From positions 124,001 through 188,000 of the forward strand of contig OZ025710.1 of assembly GCA_964019335.1 (NCBI GenBank): a stretch of 64,000 bases of DNA. Reading direction: 5' to 3'. The notes under the pieces were generated by a model, which saw only the letters and a list, made by a program, of their open reading frames with translations, was not told where the DNA came from and ran no database searches. The stretch comes from Diplonema japonicum. Lineage: Eukaryota; Protista; Euglenozoa: Diplonemea. Position numbers and translations under genes: made by a program. Numbering within the stretch: position 1 is the first letter of the stretch; every line of letters begins with the position of its first letter. Of the stretch, positions 45,502 through 58,143 are shown in pieces.

Positions 45502-45710
45502 ACTTTTTAATTTGTTTTTTTTGTTTTGTTTTTGTTTTGCGGTGGCCCTCTCCCACCTCCCCGAATAACCCCTAGAAAAAAGATATTGAAAAAGAGAAGG
45601 AAAAAAAAAAAGAGAAAAAAAAACGAGGCAAAGGGGGAATAACAGGGGGGTGGGTGGGGGGAAGAATCGTAGAAACAGTATACACAAAAAAAAAGGGGGT
45701 TTCTTATTTT

Positions 45711-45744
<34 letters not shown>

Positions 45745-45749
45745 ACTCG

Positions 45750-46781
45750 TCACAAATTTTGAGACGAAAGTCCAAGGCCGCCTGCGGGGTGGTACCCGCT
45801 AGACCGTGGTTGCGAGGAGGGCAGCATGGCATCTAAGGAATTTGTGTATTCATCCCAGAACAAGGCATGCGTCTTTTGCCTGATATCGTCGCGCGCCGCT
45901 TTGTTAGGTGGAAGATTGGAATACTCGGGGTCTGGAAGGTCTGCTAAAATGTTGTCCAGCCCGGGGTCCCTCCGCTGGGTAACCGCTCTGTCGAACTCCG
46001 CATTGAAATGATGCCAGAACTCGTTGGTGATGCCACGCCGCAGCTCTGCTGCGACATCACGCGCGCTCTCGTCCCTGCTGCCCTCCATTACGAACGGGTC
46101 CTGACCAGGCCCGGGGAACCCGAACGCCGACGCTTTATAATCCTCTTCTTCAAGTCTTGGATTGTGTTTGTCTCTCTCCGCTAAAACCCGTTCCGCCAGA
46201 AGCCTCGCATGCGCGTCACCTCGTATTTCTTCATTGCCTTCGGGGATTGAATATTTATGCCCTGCAACCAATGCACCTGCTTCCCGCTCTGCATCGCTAT
46301 ATGTTGGCACCAGAGCACCAAGCGGCCCATACGCTGAAGGGATGACAGGTGGTGGCGGCGACACAGGAAGGCTCATAGGACTAGTAGCCATGGTGTTAGG
46401 TAGTTGTTGCAGTGTCTGTGTGACAGCGCCCACTGCTATTGAATGGGATGACGTTGGGTTAACAGTGGTACCAGGGGCTTCTGTTTGAACCGCAGCGTCA
46501 GAGGGGAAGGTAGTCTGGCAGTTGGCATGCGCGTGGTTGGGAGGCGGTTCGTTCCAGTCATGCAGAAACCTGTCGGACAGCTTCGGCCCTTGCTGAAGAA
46601 CTGGCGTCTGCGGCGGCGGCGGTGGCGGTGGCGAACCCACCACCGGTTGTTGTTGAGACTCTTGTAGCAAATGTAACTGCTGCATCACTTTCTCCCTCAA
46701 CTCCGGGCTCAACCTACCCAGCAAAGGGTGGCCCACGACCTTGGCCGGCAATGGCGGCTTCGGCTGAAACGCGCCATACAT
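45750..46781 (-). CDS. Pro/Gln-rich hypothetical protein
   Basis: ORF from MYGAFQP (ATG 46781), GC-balanced. Confidence 0.7.
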   Translation of the reverse strand: MYGAFQPKPPLPAKVVGHPLLGRLSPELREKVMQQLHLLQESQQQPVVGSPPPPPPPQTPVLQQGPKLSDRFLHDWNEPPPNHAHANCQTTFPSDAAVQTEAPGTTVNPTSSHSIAVGAVTQTLQQLPNTMATSPMSLPVSPPPPVIPSAYGPLGALVPTYSDAEREAGALVAGHKYSIPEGNEEIRGDAHARLLAERVLAERDKHNPRLEEEDYKASAFGFPGPGQDPFVMEGSRDESARDVAAELRRGITNEFWHHFNAEFDRAVTQRRDPGLDNILADLPDPEYSNLPPNKAARDDIRQKTHALFWDEYTNSLDAMLPSSQPRSSGYHPAGGLGLSSQNL

Positions 46782-46843
46782 GACCCTGGGAAGAAGAAGT
46801 TGGAATATGAGGGAAAGAGAAAAAAAAAAAAAAGAAATTACCA

Positions 46844-47555
46844 TTAAAGGCACCAATCAGGGTTCACCAAGTAAATGCTTTTCAACTCCGCAGGGGAGAG
46901 CTGCAGCAGAGTGGCAAGGAGGGGCATCAGGTTGCCCTTCATGTCATCGGTTCTGGCGGTTAAAAAGTTAATGAGAACGCCTCGGAGGTACGATTGCTGC
47001 TGGGCATGCGACAGTTCATCGACGGTGGTGGGCTTCTCCCTGAGGGCGCCTGCGGCGTCCTTGGCTTCTATGAGCTCTCGTTGCAGGGCCCAGAGCCGCT
47101 TCGCTTGATGGTCGTTCTCCTCGAGGAGCCTTTTTACCTTTTGCTCAAGCTCGCGGACCTCGCCGCCGTTTTTATGAACGGAATCTGACATAGAGCTGTT
47201 CATCGAAAGTTTGGTGGCAAGTTCTTCTTTTAAATCTGTTGTTTCCGCTTCTTGCGCTACTAGTTTATTCTGCGGGTGGGATTTTTTTTTCTTTTTCGTT
47301 TCTCTTTTAAATACCTGCAGCTCAACATTCATTTTTAACAGTTCGTCGACACGGTCCTGTGCGCTGGATACACTCACAGCATGCATCTGGTGGTGGGAAA
47401 AAAAAAGATTTTTTCCCCTCTTCCCCCCCCCCCCCCCCCCAGATATAATATATACCCCGTCTATCTTCATCGAAAGCTCGGCAATTTCTTGTTCGTGCAT
47501 TTTGTGTAACGCAAGTATCTTGGCCTCATAACTGTCCTTTACTTCTTGGAGTTGC

Positions 47556-47587
<32 letters not shown>

Positions 47588-48144
47588 TTTATAATTATTA
47601 TTATTATACATACCTCTCGCTGCAGACTAAGCGCCGTTAGTTTTTCAGATTCGTGAACTCGGCGCGACATTTCCATTTCTGAGGTGTGTATTTCCATTTG
47701 TCGTGCTACTGAGATTGATGCTTGCGAAGCCAGGTCTTCTAACCGTGATATTTCTTCTTCTGTCCGTTTCCGCTCTGCGGTTGTTTTCTCCAGGCTGTCC
47801 CGCGTTGCCGTTTGCTCTTCTTCAAGGTTGGTGTATCGGGTTTGCAAGGCGCTCAGCTCTTTACTGCGCAGCTTCATGGCCACGTTAGTTCGCTCCTTGA
47901 ACCTGGCAAAATTCTCAGTTGTTTTGTCGCTGTTTCCTGTCTCCTCTAACTCCTTCAAGAGACTTGCTATCCTTGCCTCGTTCGCAGCTTTTATCTCCCT
48001 CAATTGTGTAAGCTCGCCTCTCTCATTTTCGATGATCCCTTTCATCTTCGTCTTCCACTGCTGCATCTTCCGGTCTTTCTCATTCAACTGCTCTTGGAGC
48101 TCCGCTACAGTAGGGGCTGGTGCAGCAGCATCGCTTGTTGACAT
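46844..48144 (-). CDS. GRIP-domain golgin; 4 exons
   Basis: Coiled coil plus YLRGVLINFL...LMPLLATLLQLSPAE. Introns 47555-47613, 47387-47455, 47270-47314. Confidence 0.85.
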
Positions 48145-48358
48145 TTTTTTTTTTTTTTTTTTTTTTTTTTTAGTACTCTAAAAAAAAAAAAAAACATTTT
48201 TTTCTCTTTAGACAGAATAACAATAATAATAATTACTTGATCACTGATAAAAATATAAAAAAAAAAAAAAAAAAAAGAAAAGAAGGAACACGGAATGTAA
48301 AAAAAAAAAAAAAAGAAAGAAAAGAAAAATACCCCTTTTTTCTTCTGTTCCCCCCCTC

Positions 48359-49756
48359 TTACTCTGCCAGTTCCACAACGCAGTCCCTTTTGAGTACAGG
48401 GCCTTCGAGTATCCTTTTCGTGTTCCCTTGTTGGTTTCGAAGCTTGGCCTGTCGGGACCTGGTGATGACCCTTTTTTTCTTCTGCGCCGTTTTGATGTAC
48501 TTCGGGATAAGCCGCTGTTTGCTGATTTTCTTGATCTCGTCAAATTCACCGAATCTGTATTATTATTATTATTTCTTTTTTTTTTTTCCCCTCTCCACAT
48601 ACCGTTCACGCAGCTTATCACTGTATTCAAGCTTCTTCTTCTCTCTGAAGAAAAGTTGTTTCAAAGGTACTGAGGCACGGCTTTTCCACAATCGAACGTT
48701 CATGTCGTCGCTGCCTGTCACAACATAATTGTTGTCCAAACTCCACTTCGCCGTCCACACCCTACGCATTCTTTTCGTGTGGTAAATGTCTCGGGACGTC
48801 CCATCGCACATATCTGTTTTCCACAATCGGACGGTGTTGTCGAAGGAGCCCGACACAAGCTCCTTCCCGGTGGGTGCATAGTCAACGTCTAGAACGGCAG
48901 CAACGTGGGAAACAAAGACAAGCTGCGCCTTGTCCATCTTCCTTGCGTCGAACTGATAAATATTGTGATCTTCGTTGGCAACTGCGAAGGTCATGGGTTC
49001 CATGGGATTCCAGCACACATTGTTGGATTTCATCGGAAGCACCATTTTCTGTGTTGCTTGTTCCACCCTGGTGTCGTATACACAGATAGACCTGTCAGAC
49101 ATCGTGCACAGTATTAAATCTGTCTCGACTTTGTTGAACCTGCATGCTGTTACCTGATCTATTCCCCAGTTGAAGGTTGTGATGGGGCGTTGTCTTGTAA
49201 CATCCCATAGTTCTAGATTTCCGCCTGCTGTGCAGAACATAGATTTTTCGCAATGGTGGTCTATCGACGAAAACGGTCTGTCTCCTAGGTATTCCGCTAA
49301 TGGTCGTGCTTCACCATGTTGGTCCATTTGCCGGCTGCCTTCGATGTCCCATAGTCGGACTGCCTTGTCACTGCCTGCTGAGAAGTACGCAGCGCCGTCT
49401 GGTGCCGTCACCATACCCGTTACGAATCCTTTGTGTGCGGAAACTTTGTGGCACAGTTCTTTTTTTTGCATATTCCACAGTCTTACCTCACCGTCGCAGC
49501 CGCCTGATAACATTAACGATAAGTTTGTGGGGTCCTTTGCCAGGCAGTGCACGGAGTCGAGATGCCCCTCGAACGCTGCCACAAAAGGCTTTGCGAACAT
49601 CCTGTCCAATTTCACGGCTTGCAAAGCTCTTTGATACTCGACCTGCCTCTCCATCGGGTGCAACCTTGGGTCCAGATTTCTGTGCACCTTACCTACCTCG
49701 CTTGCGACATCCTTTGTGTGCTCCTTATTGGACCGTGATAGTACTTTGAACTTCAT
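48359..49756 (-). CDS. DCAF13: DCAF13/Sof1 WD40 protein (SSU processome); 2 exons
   Basis: RNLDPRLHP...EYQRAL.AVKLDRMFAKPF, SRDIYHTKRM, SDDMNVRLWK; intron 48555-48602. Confidence 0.95.
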
Positions 49757-50193
49757 TTTTTTTTTTTTTTTTTTGTGTAGGGACTTTTTTTTTTTTTTTT
49801 TAATAGTAACGTAAGAAAATACCGGAAGGAACGCGCAACAGATAAGAAAAACCATAAAAGACAGACATACAGATAAAACGTTCTAGAAAAGAAAAAAAAA
49901 AAGAAGAAGAAGAAGACAGAAACACAAACAATTTTACCCCCTCCCCCTCTTTTGTTCACGTTTTATTTCCCTTGGCCTAAATCCTCAAGCGGGGGAACGC
50001 AAAAGTGGGAAGAAAAAAAAGGAGGAGGTTCCCCCCTCCTGGGCAAATAAAAAAAATTTTTTCCAGCCAAATTCCGCAGCGCAGGGAAATAAACTAACAT
50101 AGAAGATACCAAAAAAGCAAGAAAGTCAAGTGCATGTAATAAGAGCATGGAATGCGATGATGGAGGGAATTGGGGGGAAAAAATCCCTCTATT

Positions 50194-52359
50194 TTAATGC
50201 CCCGAGACAACGTCTTTGCACTTCAAACACCCATAGCTGGACTGGGATCTTGAAAGCCTCCTTTCCTCTACCGGCTGCGGTACATCAGGAGGGGAAAAAT
50301 ACCTGGTGGAGGCTGGGTTGGGAGAGTAGTGCTTGCAGTTCGGAGGGTCTTCGCCCCCACCACCACCACCACCACCACCACTACTAACGGAGGAGTTAGC
50401 AGGTGAGTGAGGGTTGCCTGAGAATGATGCTGTCACATGACTAGACACAATGGTGGGCTGTTGTTGTTGTTGTTGCAGTTGAGCTGGTGGAGGCATAGGA
50501 GACTTCAGAATGGACTTCAACGGGGCGGCACTGGCAACAAGAGGAGGCTTCAGCCGCATTATCGAGCTGGTGAGGGGGACGAAAAGACCCTTCTTAATTG
50601 TCTCCCCGTGTGTCAATGACGTATCGCCCGCCTCGTTCGGCATCGGCCCCGCGTAGTACTGCAGCTGCATCGCATTCTTCACCAACACATCCGGTTTCTT
50701 CAAAGGTCTGCTAGATTTTTTACTGAGACAGAGATCAGATGCTCCAGTAGATGTTGTTCCTTCGCTTTGAAGACTGCTTTCTCGGTAACCGGTGATCGTG
50801 AAGGGAACAGGAGGGTCTTCTACAGGAAGCGGTGGAGGTGGCCGTCTGGTTTGCAATTCTGCCCATTCCCGCAAGGCTTTGTTCCGTTCTCGTTCCTTGT
50901 CTCGTTTCCTTTTCCCCCATTTCTTCATCTTCACGAGATTCTTTTCTAAGTTCGCTGTTTTCTTCTGCAGGTATTCTACATATGTTCCAGACGTCATCTG
51001 TTCTACCTCCATTCGCAAGTATTGCAATTCCTCCATCTGTTCATGGTTGGCAGAAGGGTATTCTTTGTCCGGTTTCAGAGGATCCCTTACATACAAACAA
51101 CCGTCAGATGAGTCGCTGCTGTCGCTGGATCCACCGAGCATCAGGGTGGTATCGGAGACGGAGCTTAAATCATCGACGAGGGCGGCCTGCAGTTCGTCAA
51201 GTCTCATTGTGTGGTCCACTGTTTGCAGAGCCTGCTGTTCGATGTAGTTCTTCAGCGATGCGATCGCAAGACGTTGGTGTTCGATGAGCCTGTTTCGCTC
51301 GTCCGGCGAAAGGCCTTCTAAATGTTCGGGATGGCACGCTGCTGTAGTTGCTTGCGACACTCCCATATCAGCCATCCTGTCCTTCAAAACAGCCAGTTTC
51401 GTTAATAACGGTGTAGCCGACGAGCCTTTTCGCAGAGCCGTCCCACAACGCCCGCAATAATTCTGCCCTTCAATGACATCTGCTTGGCAATCGGAACATT
51501 TCAAGACGGGTATTGCGCTGACGGAGTTTTCAAAACCGCGTGATTGGGGGAAGGTAGGGTATGCTGCGGGTTCTTCGTGGTGCGGGGAGGCGGCGGCGGC
51601 GGTGGTGGTGTTGGTGGAGTTCGACTGCTGCTTCTTAGAATGCTTCTTCCCGGTTTGCACATTTTGCTTCTTCTCCCCAGCAACGGGATGCTTTGAACCG
51701 GAACTATCCGACCTCCTTGCAGTGGTCACCGTTGTATCCGCGACTGTGCTCGTTGTGTTCCCCATCGATCGGATAAAATTTTCAGAAATAACTTCTGAGG
51801 CGGACGTGGCGGAGAAGGAGTTCTCCAGCTTCGTTTTCAGCGTATCGGACAACGGTGTATCAAGCGCAAGCTGCGGCACCGTGTTATCAAGAACATGCCC
51901 TTGGGCTGACACAATAGGCAGCTCTTTCCTGTGCATCGCTGCCGCCACCATTTGAAACACCTCTAAAAACCCCGGCTTCGAGGCAGGCATTTCCAAAGCG
52001 ATTTGTTCCTCCCCATTAGAGTGGACTACTACGCTGGTTCCCGTACTGTCGTTGACTGTTACACCGGTCACGTCTTTCACTCGGACGATCGTTTTCGGTT
52101 CCCCTTTCAGGCATAGATTAAGCTCCGTTGATGTAAGCATGACATCGCGGACCACTTCCGGCTTTCTTCCGATTCTGCATTTTCCTGACGCGCCGTATTT
52201 TAAGTTTGGTGCGTAATATCTAGCCAGCTCTCCTGACATTTTAACGCTCACGGGCAGGGGGTACGGGTCATCTTCTGGAAGCCTGACTCCTTTACCAACC
52301 GTGTCCTTCGGTGGTACTGGGGGTGGCGAGTCGGGAAGCGGTGGTTGAGTAGACGTCAT
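50194..52359 (-). CDS. 721-aa hypothetical protein with a zinc ribbon and coiled coil
   Basis: CSDC...YCGRCG zinc ribbon; low-complexity linkers; intronless. Confidence 0.8.
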   Translation of the reverse strand: MTSTQPPLPDSPPPVPPKDTVGKGVRLPEDDPYPLPVSVKMSGELARYYAPNLKYGASGKCRIGRKPEVVRDVMLTSTELNLCLKGEPKTIVRVKDVTGVTVNDSTGTSVVVHSNGEEQIALEMPASKPGFLEVFQMVAAAMHRKELPIVSAQGHVLDNTVPQLALDTPLSDTLKTKLENSFSATSASEVISENFIRSMGNTTSTVADTTVTTARRSDSSGSKHPVAGEKKQNVQTGKKHSKKQQSNSTNTTTAAAASPHHEEPAAYPTFPQSRGFENSVSAIPVLKCSDCQADVIEGQNYCGRCGTALRKGSSATPLLTKLAVLKDRMADMGVSQATTAACHPEHLEGLSPDERNRLIEHQRLAIASLKNYIEQQALQTVDHTMRLDELQAALVDDLSSVSDTTLMLGGSSDSSDSSDGCLYVRDPLKPDKEYPSANHEQMEELQYLRMEVEQMTSGTYVEYLQKKTANLEKNLVKMKKWGKRKRDKERERNKALREWAELQTRRPPPPLPVEDPPVPFTITGYRESSLQSEGTTSTGASDLCLSKKSSRPLKKPDVLVKNAMQLQYYAGPMPNEAGDTSLTHGETIKKGLFVPLTSSIMRLKPPLVASAAPLKSILKSPMPPPAQLQQQQQQPTIVSSHVTASFSGNPHSPANSSVSSGGGGGGGGGEDPPNCKHYSPNPASTRYFSPPDVPQPVEERRLSRSQSSYGCLKCKDVVSGH

Positions 52360-52383
52360 TTCATTTTTTTTTTCCCCCTTTCT

Positions 52384-52418
<35 letters not shown>

Positions 52419-52467
52419 GCGGGAAAAAAAAAAAAAAAAAAAAAAAAGAAAATAGAAAAAAAAAAAG

Positions 52468-53070
52468 CTAGAATGTGTGTACGGTTTTCACCAAACGAGA
52501 TCCAATCTGTTCCAGAGTAGCTTGGCTTATACCTGTGTTCCCTTGCAGGTTCAGCTCTGTGATGCGAGTGTTTGAAACCAGCTCATCTGCGTACAATACA
52601 GCAGTGTCTTGCGTGAGTAAACAGTTCGCGAGGGACAGTCTGGTGATGGAAGATTTGGTGGCCCATTTGAGGAGAGGGAGAAGGGTGGCTGCCCCTGTGT
52701 CAGTGATATCGTTCCACGCCAGGCCGAGGAAATAGGGGGCGGCGTCGCCCCAAGCCATAAGGGTCTCCAGAATGGGGGGGATGTCTGCATCAGTAATTTG
52801 GTTGAAAAATAAATCGAGCTCCGACAATCGAGCTGGGGAGTCCTTCAGTGCCTTCATAACTCTCAGAGCCCCTGAGCCCCCAAGCATGCAACCGCCTAGA
52901 TAAACTCTCTTCAGCGACTTGTTAGCACACAGCCTAATATTTTTACAAAGCACGTCAACCTCATGCTCGCTTTTCATTTCTACCCACTGCAGGTCCAGAT
53001 TATCGACGGCAGTAAATATAGCCGTTTCTACCTTGACCTCTGTGTTTTCCACAGGATGGTTTTCATCCAT
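52468..53070 (-). CDS. RNI-like leucine-rich repeat protein
   Basis: LSELDLFFNQITD, LGLAWNDITDTGA, ITRLSLANC, ITELNLQGN. Confidence 0.85.
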   Translation of the reverse strand: MDENHPVENTEVKVETAIFTAVDNLDLQWVEMKSEHEVDVLCKNIRLCANKSLKRVYLGGCMLGGSGALRVMKALKDSPARLSELDLFFNQITDADIPPILETLMAWGDAAPYFLGLAWNDITDTGAATLLPLLKWATKSSITRLSLANCLLTQDTAVLYADELVSNTRITELNLQGNTGISQATLEQIGSRLVKTVHTF

Positions 53071-54069
53071 GTTTCCCTTTTTTTTTTTGGGTGGGGTTTT
53101 TTTTTTATATTTTGTTTTTTTTTTTTTTGAAATGGCATGGGTACCCCCCCCCCCCCCCCCTGATCGCCTCCAGTTTCAGAAGGTTTTTCGTTTTTTTTGT
53201 TGTGCCTCATTAAGAGAGTTAAAAGGATTTTTTTTTTCGGAATACAGAGAATATTGTTGGGCATCATGGAGGAGTTGTGTTTGTTAGCGTTGTGTGCAAG
53301 ATTTCAAAAAAAAAAAAAAGGATATAAAAAAAAAAACAAGAAAGAACGAGAAGAATATGAAAAAAAAGGAAAATACTAAAGAAAGAAAGAAAGAAAATGT
53401 GGGTGAGTGGGTGGGTAGAAGAAGGGGGGGGATAAAAAGAAAAATACCTTGTGGGAACAGAGAGGGGGGGGGGGGAATAATTATTACCGGGGAAATATAA
53501 AAGATTTTGGTTTCTCTCTCTTTGTGTTTTTTTGGAAAGCTGGCCCATCTCAGGCCGGGCATTTCATCTTTTTTCTTTCTTTTTTTTTTCATTTCTTCTT
53601 CCCCGCACAGCGGAAGATAATGTGATGACCCTTCACTTTTTTTTGTTTTCCTTATTCACTGAGGGTAACAAAAGTAAGAAAGGTTTAGTTAAAATAAAAA
53701 AAACAAAACAAAAAAAAAACCACTTTTTTTTCTCCCCTTATTGTCTCTCCCTTTTTTGTTTATGTTAGGTTCGTGCTATCTTTTCAAAATAAAAAAATCA
53801 GGGGGGGAATAAAAAAATGTGTTCTTTTTTTTTTCCTTGGTATCTTTGTGTTATGTTTTTCTTCTTTTTTTTATTTTTTAGATAAAAAATTATTGGGGAA
53901 AGGTGAAAAGAAAAAAAAAGTGGGAAGGGGGGGGGGGGGGGGGGGGCAGGGCTTGCACGGAGATACCTTTGGAAAATAAAAAATTAAATTAAGGGGAGAC
54001 AAAAGCAATAAAAAAAAAACAGGAGGGTGGAAGATAAAAAAATCTTACTTTCAATCATTCCTCATTATG

Positions 54070-54106
<37 letters not shown>

Positions 54107-54203
54107 CCCTTCCAAAAAAAAAAAAAAAAAAAAAAAAGGTGGGAGGGAGAACAAAAAGCCAATGAGCAAAGTTTAAAACAATATAAATTCAATGGGAACG
54201 GCC

Positions 54204-54243
<40 letters not shown>

Positions 54244-54250
54244 AGAAAAA

Positions 54251-54468
54251 CACCGTTCACGGTAAGCAAATAACTTTTTTCCACCAAGTACTGCAAGCAG
54301 AATTTTTACTTCTATTCACGGTAACTTGGAACTTTCTTTCCACCAAAACGGTTTTTTTAAATAAAGTTTCCACTGTCCACTGTAACCTAATCTTATTTCC
54401 CCTAAACCATGTATGGTGGAAAAAAAGATTTTAGGTGGAAAATAGTTATTTGCTTACCGTGAACAGTG
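54251..54468. mobile_element. 218-bp MITE with 35-bp TIRs (CAC(C/T)G termini, CACTA/CMC-like)
   Basis: CACCGTTCACGGTAAGCAAATAACTTTTTTCCACC (54251-54285) matches the reverse complement of 54434-54468 with 2 mismatches; internal degenerate third copy near 54315; no clear TSD. Confidence 0.8.
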
Positions 54469-54632
54469 TTTCCCCTCCTTTTTTTTTTTCTTCCTCCCCT
54501 CCCTTGTCTCCGACTCCCTCTCCTCCGTTCCACCCAAATTATGCCAAAAAAAAAAAAAAAAAAAAAATGTTCACCTTTTTTTTTTTTTTTTTCTTTTTTT
54601 TTTTTCTTAAATCTATTACACCGCCGCTATTT

Positions 54633-55171
54633 CTAATCCACGTGGATCGAGCTGTAAATCTTCCGGACAAACCTTTTTTTTTTTTTAATTTTTTTTCCCA
54701 TCCCCATCCACACACCAGAAACAAGCAACAAATCCAATCGCTCCAGTGATCACAAAGAAGATGTAAGAGATCACAGCCATGTAACCGAAGAATAGGAGGA
54801 CAGCAGTAAAGCGAGTCATCTTTTTTTTTTTTTTTTTTTTGTTGTTGTTGTTCCACATACTTTCAACGAAGATGTGAAGAAGTAGAAAATCGAGTACAGG
54901 AACACATAGAATCCCGAGCTACCCGACGTGAAAAATGACCGCCACCACCAGTGGTAGTCCTCAGCACAAAGCTGGAAGTAGCACATCACAATTGTGATTT
55001 CAGCGCAAGTCACACACAAGATGATGAACACCAACAGGAGGAACCCGAACACATAATAAATCCTGTGCATCCAAATGGAAGTAAGGATGAAGAACAGCTC
55101 GATGAACACAGCACCAAAAGGCAACACCCCACCACACATTATGGTGAACCAAGGCTGGAGGTACCATCTCT

Positions 55172-55208
<37 letters not shown>

Positions 55209-56702
55209 AAAAACCTGTTCGGGCACGAATTTAGCAATCTGGTTGATCCTTGCAGGCGGCTTCAACGCTTCCTTTTTGTACCCCAAAACGGCTCCCAGGA
55301 ACACCTGCGGGACTGAGATGAAGAACCAAATTGCAATCACAGCAATCATAGCATCTGATTTTTTTTTTTTTTTTTACCCTTCCCCACATCATACTAAAAG
55401 GAACGGCGCCTGTCGACTCCTCCCTCCACACAAACAAGTTGATAATGAAGAACGCAGCGAACACAGTACCAGGGACAACCGTGGCTGTCTGGAAGGCGTT
55501 CCACCAGGATGTCTCCCCCCACATCTTCATAAGACGCGCAGACGTGTAACCCCCGTAGATTCTACAAAATAAATTTATTATCATTATACTATCACATACC
55601 CAAGGAACACGAAAAACAGAAGAATCGATGTGAACAACATTCCACCGTTCGCGGGCGACAGGAATCCTAGGCACGCCATGATCAGCACGGTGAAGCACAT
55701 GCCGAGAAGCTGAACGCCAGTACCGACGTAACAAGCAAGCAGTCCCTTATGCTGAGGGGGTCTGAAAACATCAGCGTGCACTAGCTTCCACCCGATCTCA
55801 TCGTGAAGATCATCCGCATCTTCTATAGCGTTGTACCTGGCAATGTCACGGAGCAAAGTACGGAGCATAATGGCTGCCAAAATACCAGACAGGAAGAACG
55901 CAATCATAACGGAGTTGATGATGGAGAACCAATGGATCTCAGTATCGGCTATGTTTAAGTAGATATCCCATCGTGCTGCCCATTTCTCCTCGGATTCCTC
56001 CCACTTAACTCCGTATGACCACACGATGGGGTCGGTAGTTCCAGTGTACTGAAGCTGAAGGTTGACGGGGTCAAAGTTTTCCCCGCATGTTGTCGCAGCG
56101 CCTCCATCGATACCATGTTTTACACTGTACGGCCTCACAGTGAACGCGACAATACGCTTGGCGGATGATCCTTCAAACGCGCGAACCTTGTGGTACTTAA
56201 TCGTGAATTGAAGATGGTTGTTTATGTATGATTGTTTGCCTTCTTTACCTCCTAAAGGAAAGCCGATGCTGAACGTGTTTTGGTCGATGTTTCTCACAGC
56301 AACTGGAAGACCGTCAAGAATAAGCTGCATGACGTACTCTTCACCGATGAGCTGTTCGAACCTTTTCACTTCTTTTGGTGTGAGGGTTTTGGGATCGCAC
56401 ACCACTTTGCATTGAAAGTCTGAACCGACGTTGATATCTTCATAGGGAGAGGCCTTGATACGGTCACCCATGAGGATCTCCCCCAGGTTCTCCCTCTCGC
56501 CCTTGGTGTTTCTCTTAGGCTTGCAAAAGGGAAGCGAGTAGTAGTCAAACGGGAGATGTGTGTTGATGCTGCTCATGCTGTTCACATACATTTGCACTTC
56601 CTGTCCATTCTCGTACTCCTTTGGCTTCGCACCGGGGAGGTACCACCCTGCTTCAGAGATACTCGCCACACATAACAGCACGAAGACGCTGTAAAAGTTC
56701 AT
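54633..56702 (-). CDS. Transmembrane 9 superfamily (EMP70/TM9SF2/4-like) protein; 6 exons
   Basis: YLPG, YYSLPFC, ENLGEIL.GDRI, IHWFSIINS, GWKLVHADVFRPP, EDYHWWWRSF. Introns 55562-55599, 55355-55394, 55170-55214, 54820-54860, 54673-54715. Confidence 0.95.
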
Positions 56703-56774
56703 TTTTCAGCCCACCCTCCCCACGCCTTTTTTTTTTTTTTTTTTGGGAAGGAAAAAAAAAGAATTTTTTTTTTT

Positions 56775-57545
56775 TCAAACTCCCAGTATTTCCCAGTTTC
56801 CATCTATGAGCAGCACGATGGGGGTGTTTAGTTTTACTGGGATGTACGTTTTCAGGATTTCGTCGGAGTCCCATTTTTTTGCAATCGTGTCTGATGTAAG
56901 CAGATGGACTTGTTGGGTCCACTCTATGTGTTCTTCAGCGATGTTTCCTAGGCTCCCTTCAAAAACAGGTCTCCAAACCTCTTCGGGGTCTGGGGTTGTG
57001 GTCAGGATTCTGTTTTGCTCGCGGCGTAGGCGGGTGCCCCAAGATCGGACCAGGGTCGCAAATTTCTGTTCTTGAGCTATGTTTGGAAGCAAGAAATTAG
57101 CAGCGATTTCCAGCATCCAAGTGTCTTGAAAACGGCGCCCTCGGGAAAATATGTATTGTTGAAAAAAGACTCGTATTGCAGAAAGGGTCCAGACTTTTTT
57201 CGGTTTCCAATTTTTTAATTTCTCCGGAAGATTTATGATGGAATAGAGAGACACCACCGGGAGGGCACGGTGTGGGATTTCGTCGGGATTGTGTTTCTTC
57301 TCCTCTTCCTCTTCTTCGGGTAGGCATGGGGTCCAGACTTCTTTGGTGATAGGGGGTGGGTCGAGGTTTTCTGACGACAGGACCTCTCTTTTCCTCTTCT
57401 TCGTCTGCTGATCCCCGATCGCGGTGTCCAGCCTCCTTACAACGTTTCTGCGTAGTTCTGCCAGCGAACCTTCCAATTTTTGCCTTTTTAGCCGTAGGAT
57501 TTTCCTCAAATTTATAATCTGCTGTTGTTCTGAACGTGACAGCAT
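56775..57545 (-). CDS. Hypothetical protein (~256 aa) with a basic NLS-like motif
   Basis: ORF from MLSRSEQ (ATG 57545); contains KKRKR. Confidence 0.65.
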   Translation of the reverse strand: MLSRSEQQQIINLRKILRLKRQKLEGSLAELRRNVVRRLDTAIGDQQTKKRKREVLSSENLDPPPITKEVWTPCLPEEEEEEKKHNPDEIPHRALPVVSLYSIINLPEKLKNWKPKKVWTLSAIRVFFQQYIFSRGRRFQDTWMLEIAANFLLPNIAQEQKFATLVRSWGTRLRREQNRILTTTPDPEEVWRPVFEGSLGNIAEEHIEWTQQVHLLTSDTIAKKWDSDEILKTYIPVKLNTPIVLLIDGNWEILGV

Positions 57546-57571
57546 TTCTCCCCCTCCCTCCCTGTCGCAGT

Positions 57572-57607
<36 letters not shown>

Positions 57608-57666
57608 AGGGGCGGAACAAAAAATTGGAAAGAGAAAGTGGGGGAAACCATGCTCGGGGAATTGAA

Positions 57667-57702
<36 letters not shown>

Positions 57703-58111
57703 ACGAGCATACCGCTTCCGTTATTTAATTATCCGTTACATTATATAATTATTTTTTTTTTTTTTTATATATATATTTCCGTCCAAAGAGGGGGAGTTAC
57801 AGCTACGTCCGCATAACACACGTTTTCTTATGGCTTTTTCCCCCCCTTGATTTTTTTCTTTTTTGTTTCAAAAGACGTGGGTTTAAGAGCAAGAGAAAAG
57901 AAATTCGCAGTAGGTAATCCATATGTCCACTACCCGCGCCAGGCACTCGAATGAAAAAATTTCTATTTTATGTCTAATTCTTGAGAATATCTTCTTAAAA
58001 GGGGCTCAGCCGACCTTTGGAGATTTTTTTTTAGAAGCGGGGAGACAGCATCCCCAAACCCCTTCTTCTTTTTTTCCCCCCTTTCTTTCTTTTTTTTTTT
58101 TTTAGATACAC

Positions 58112-58143
<32 letters not shown>

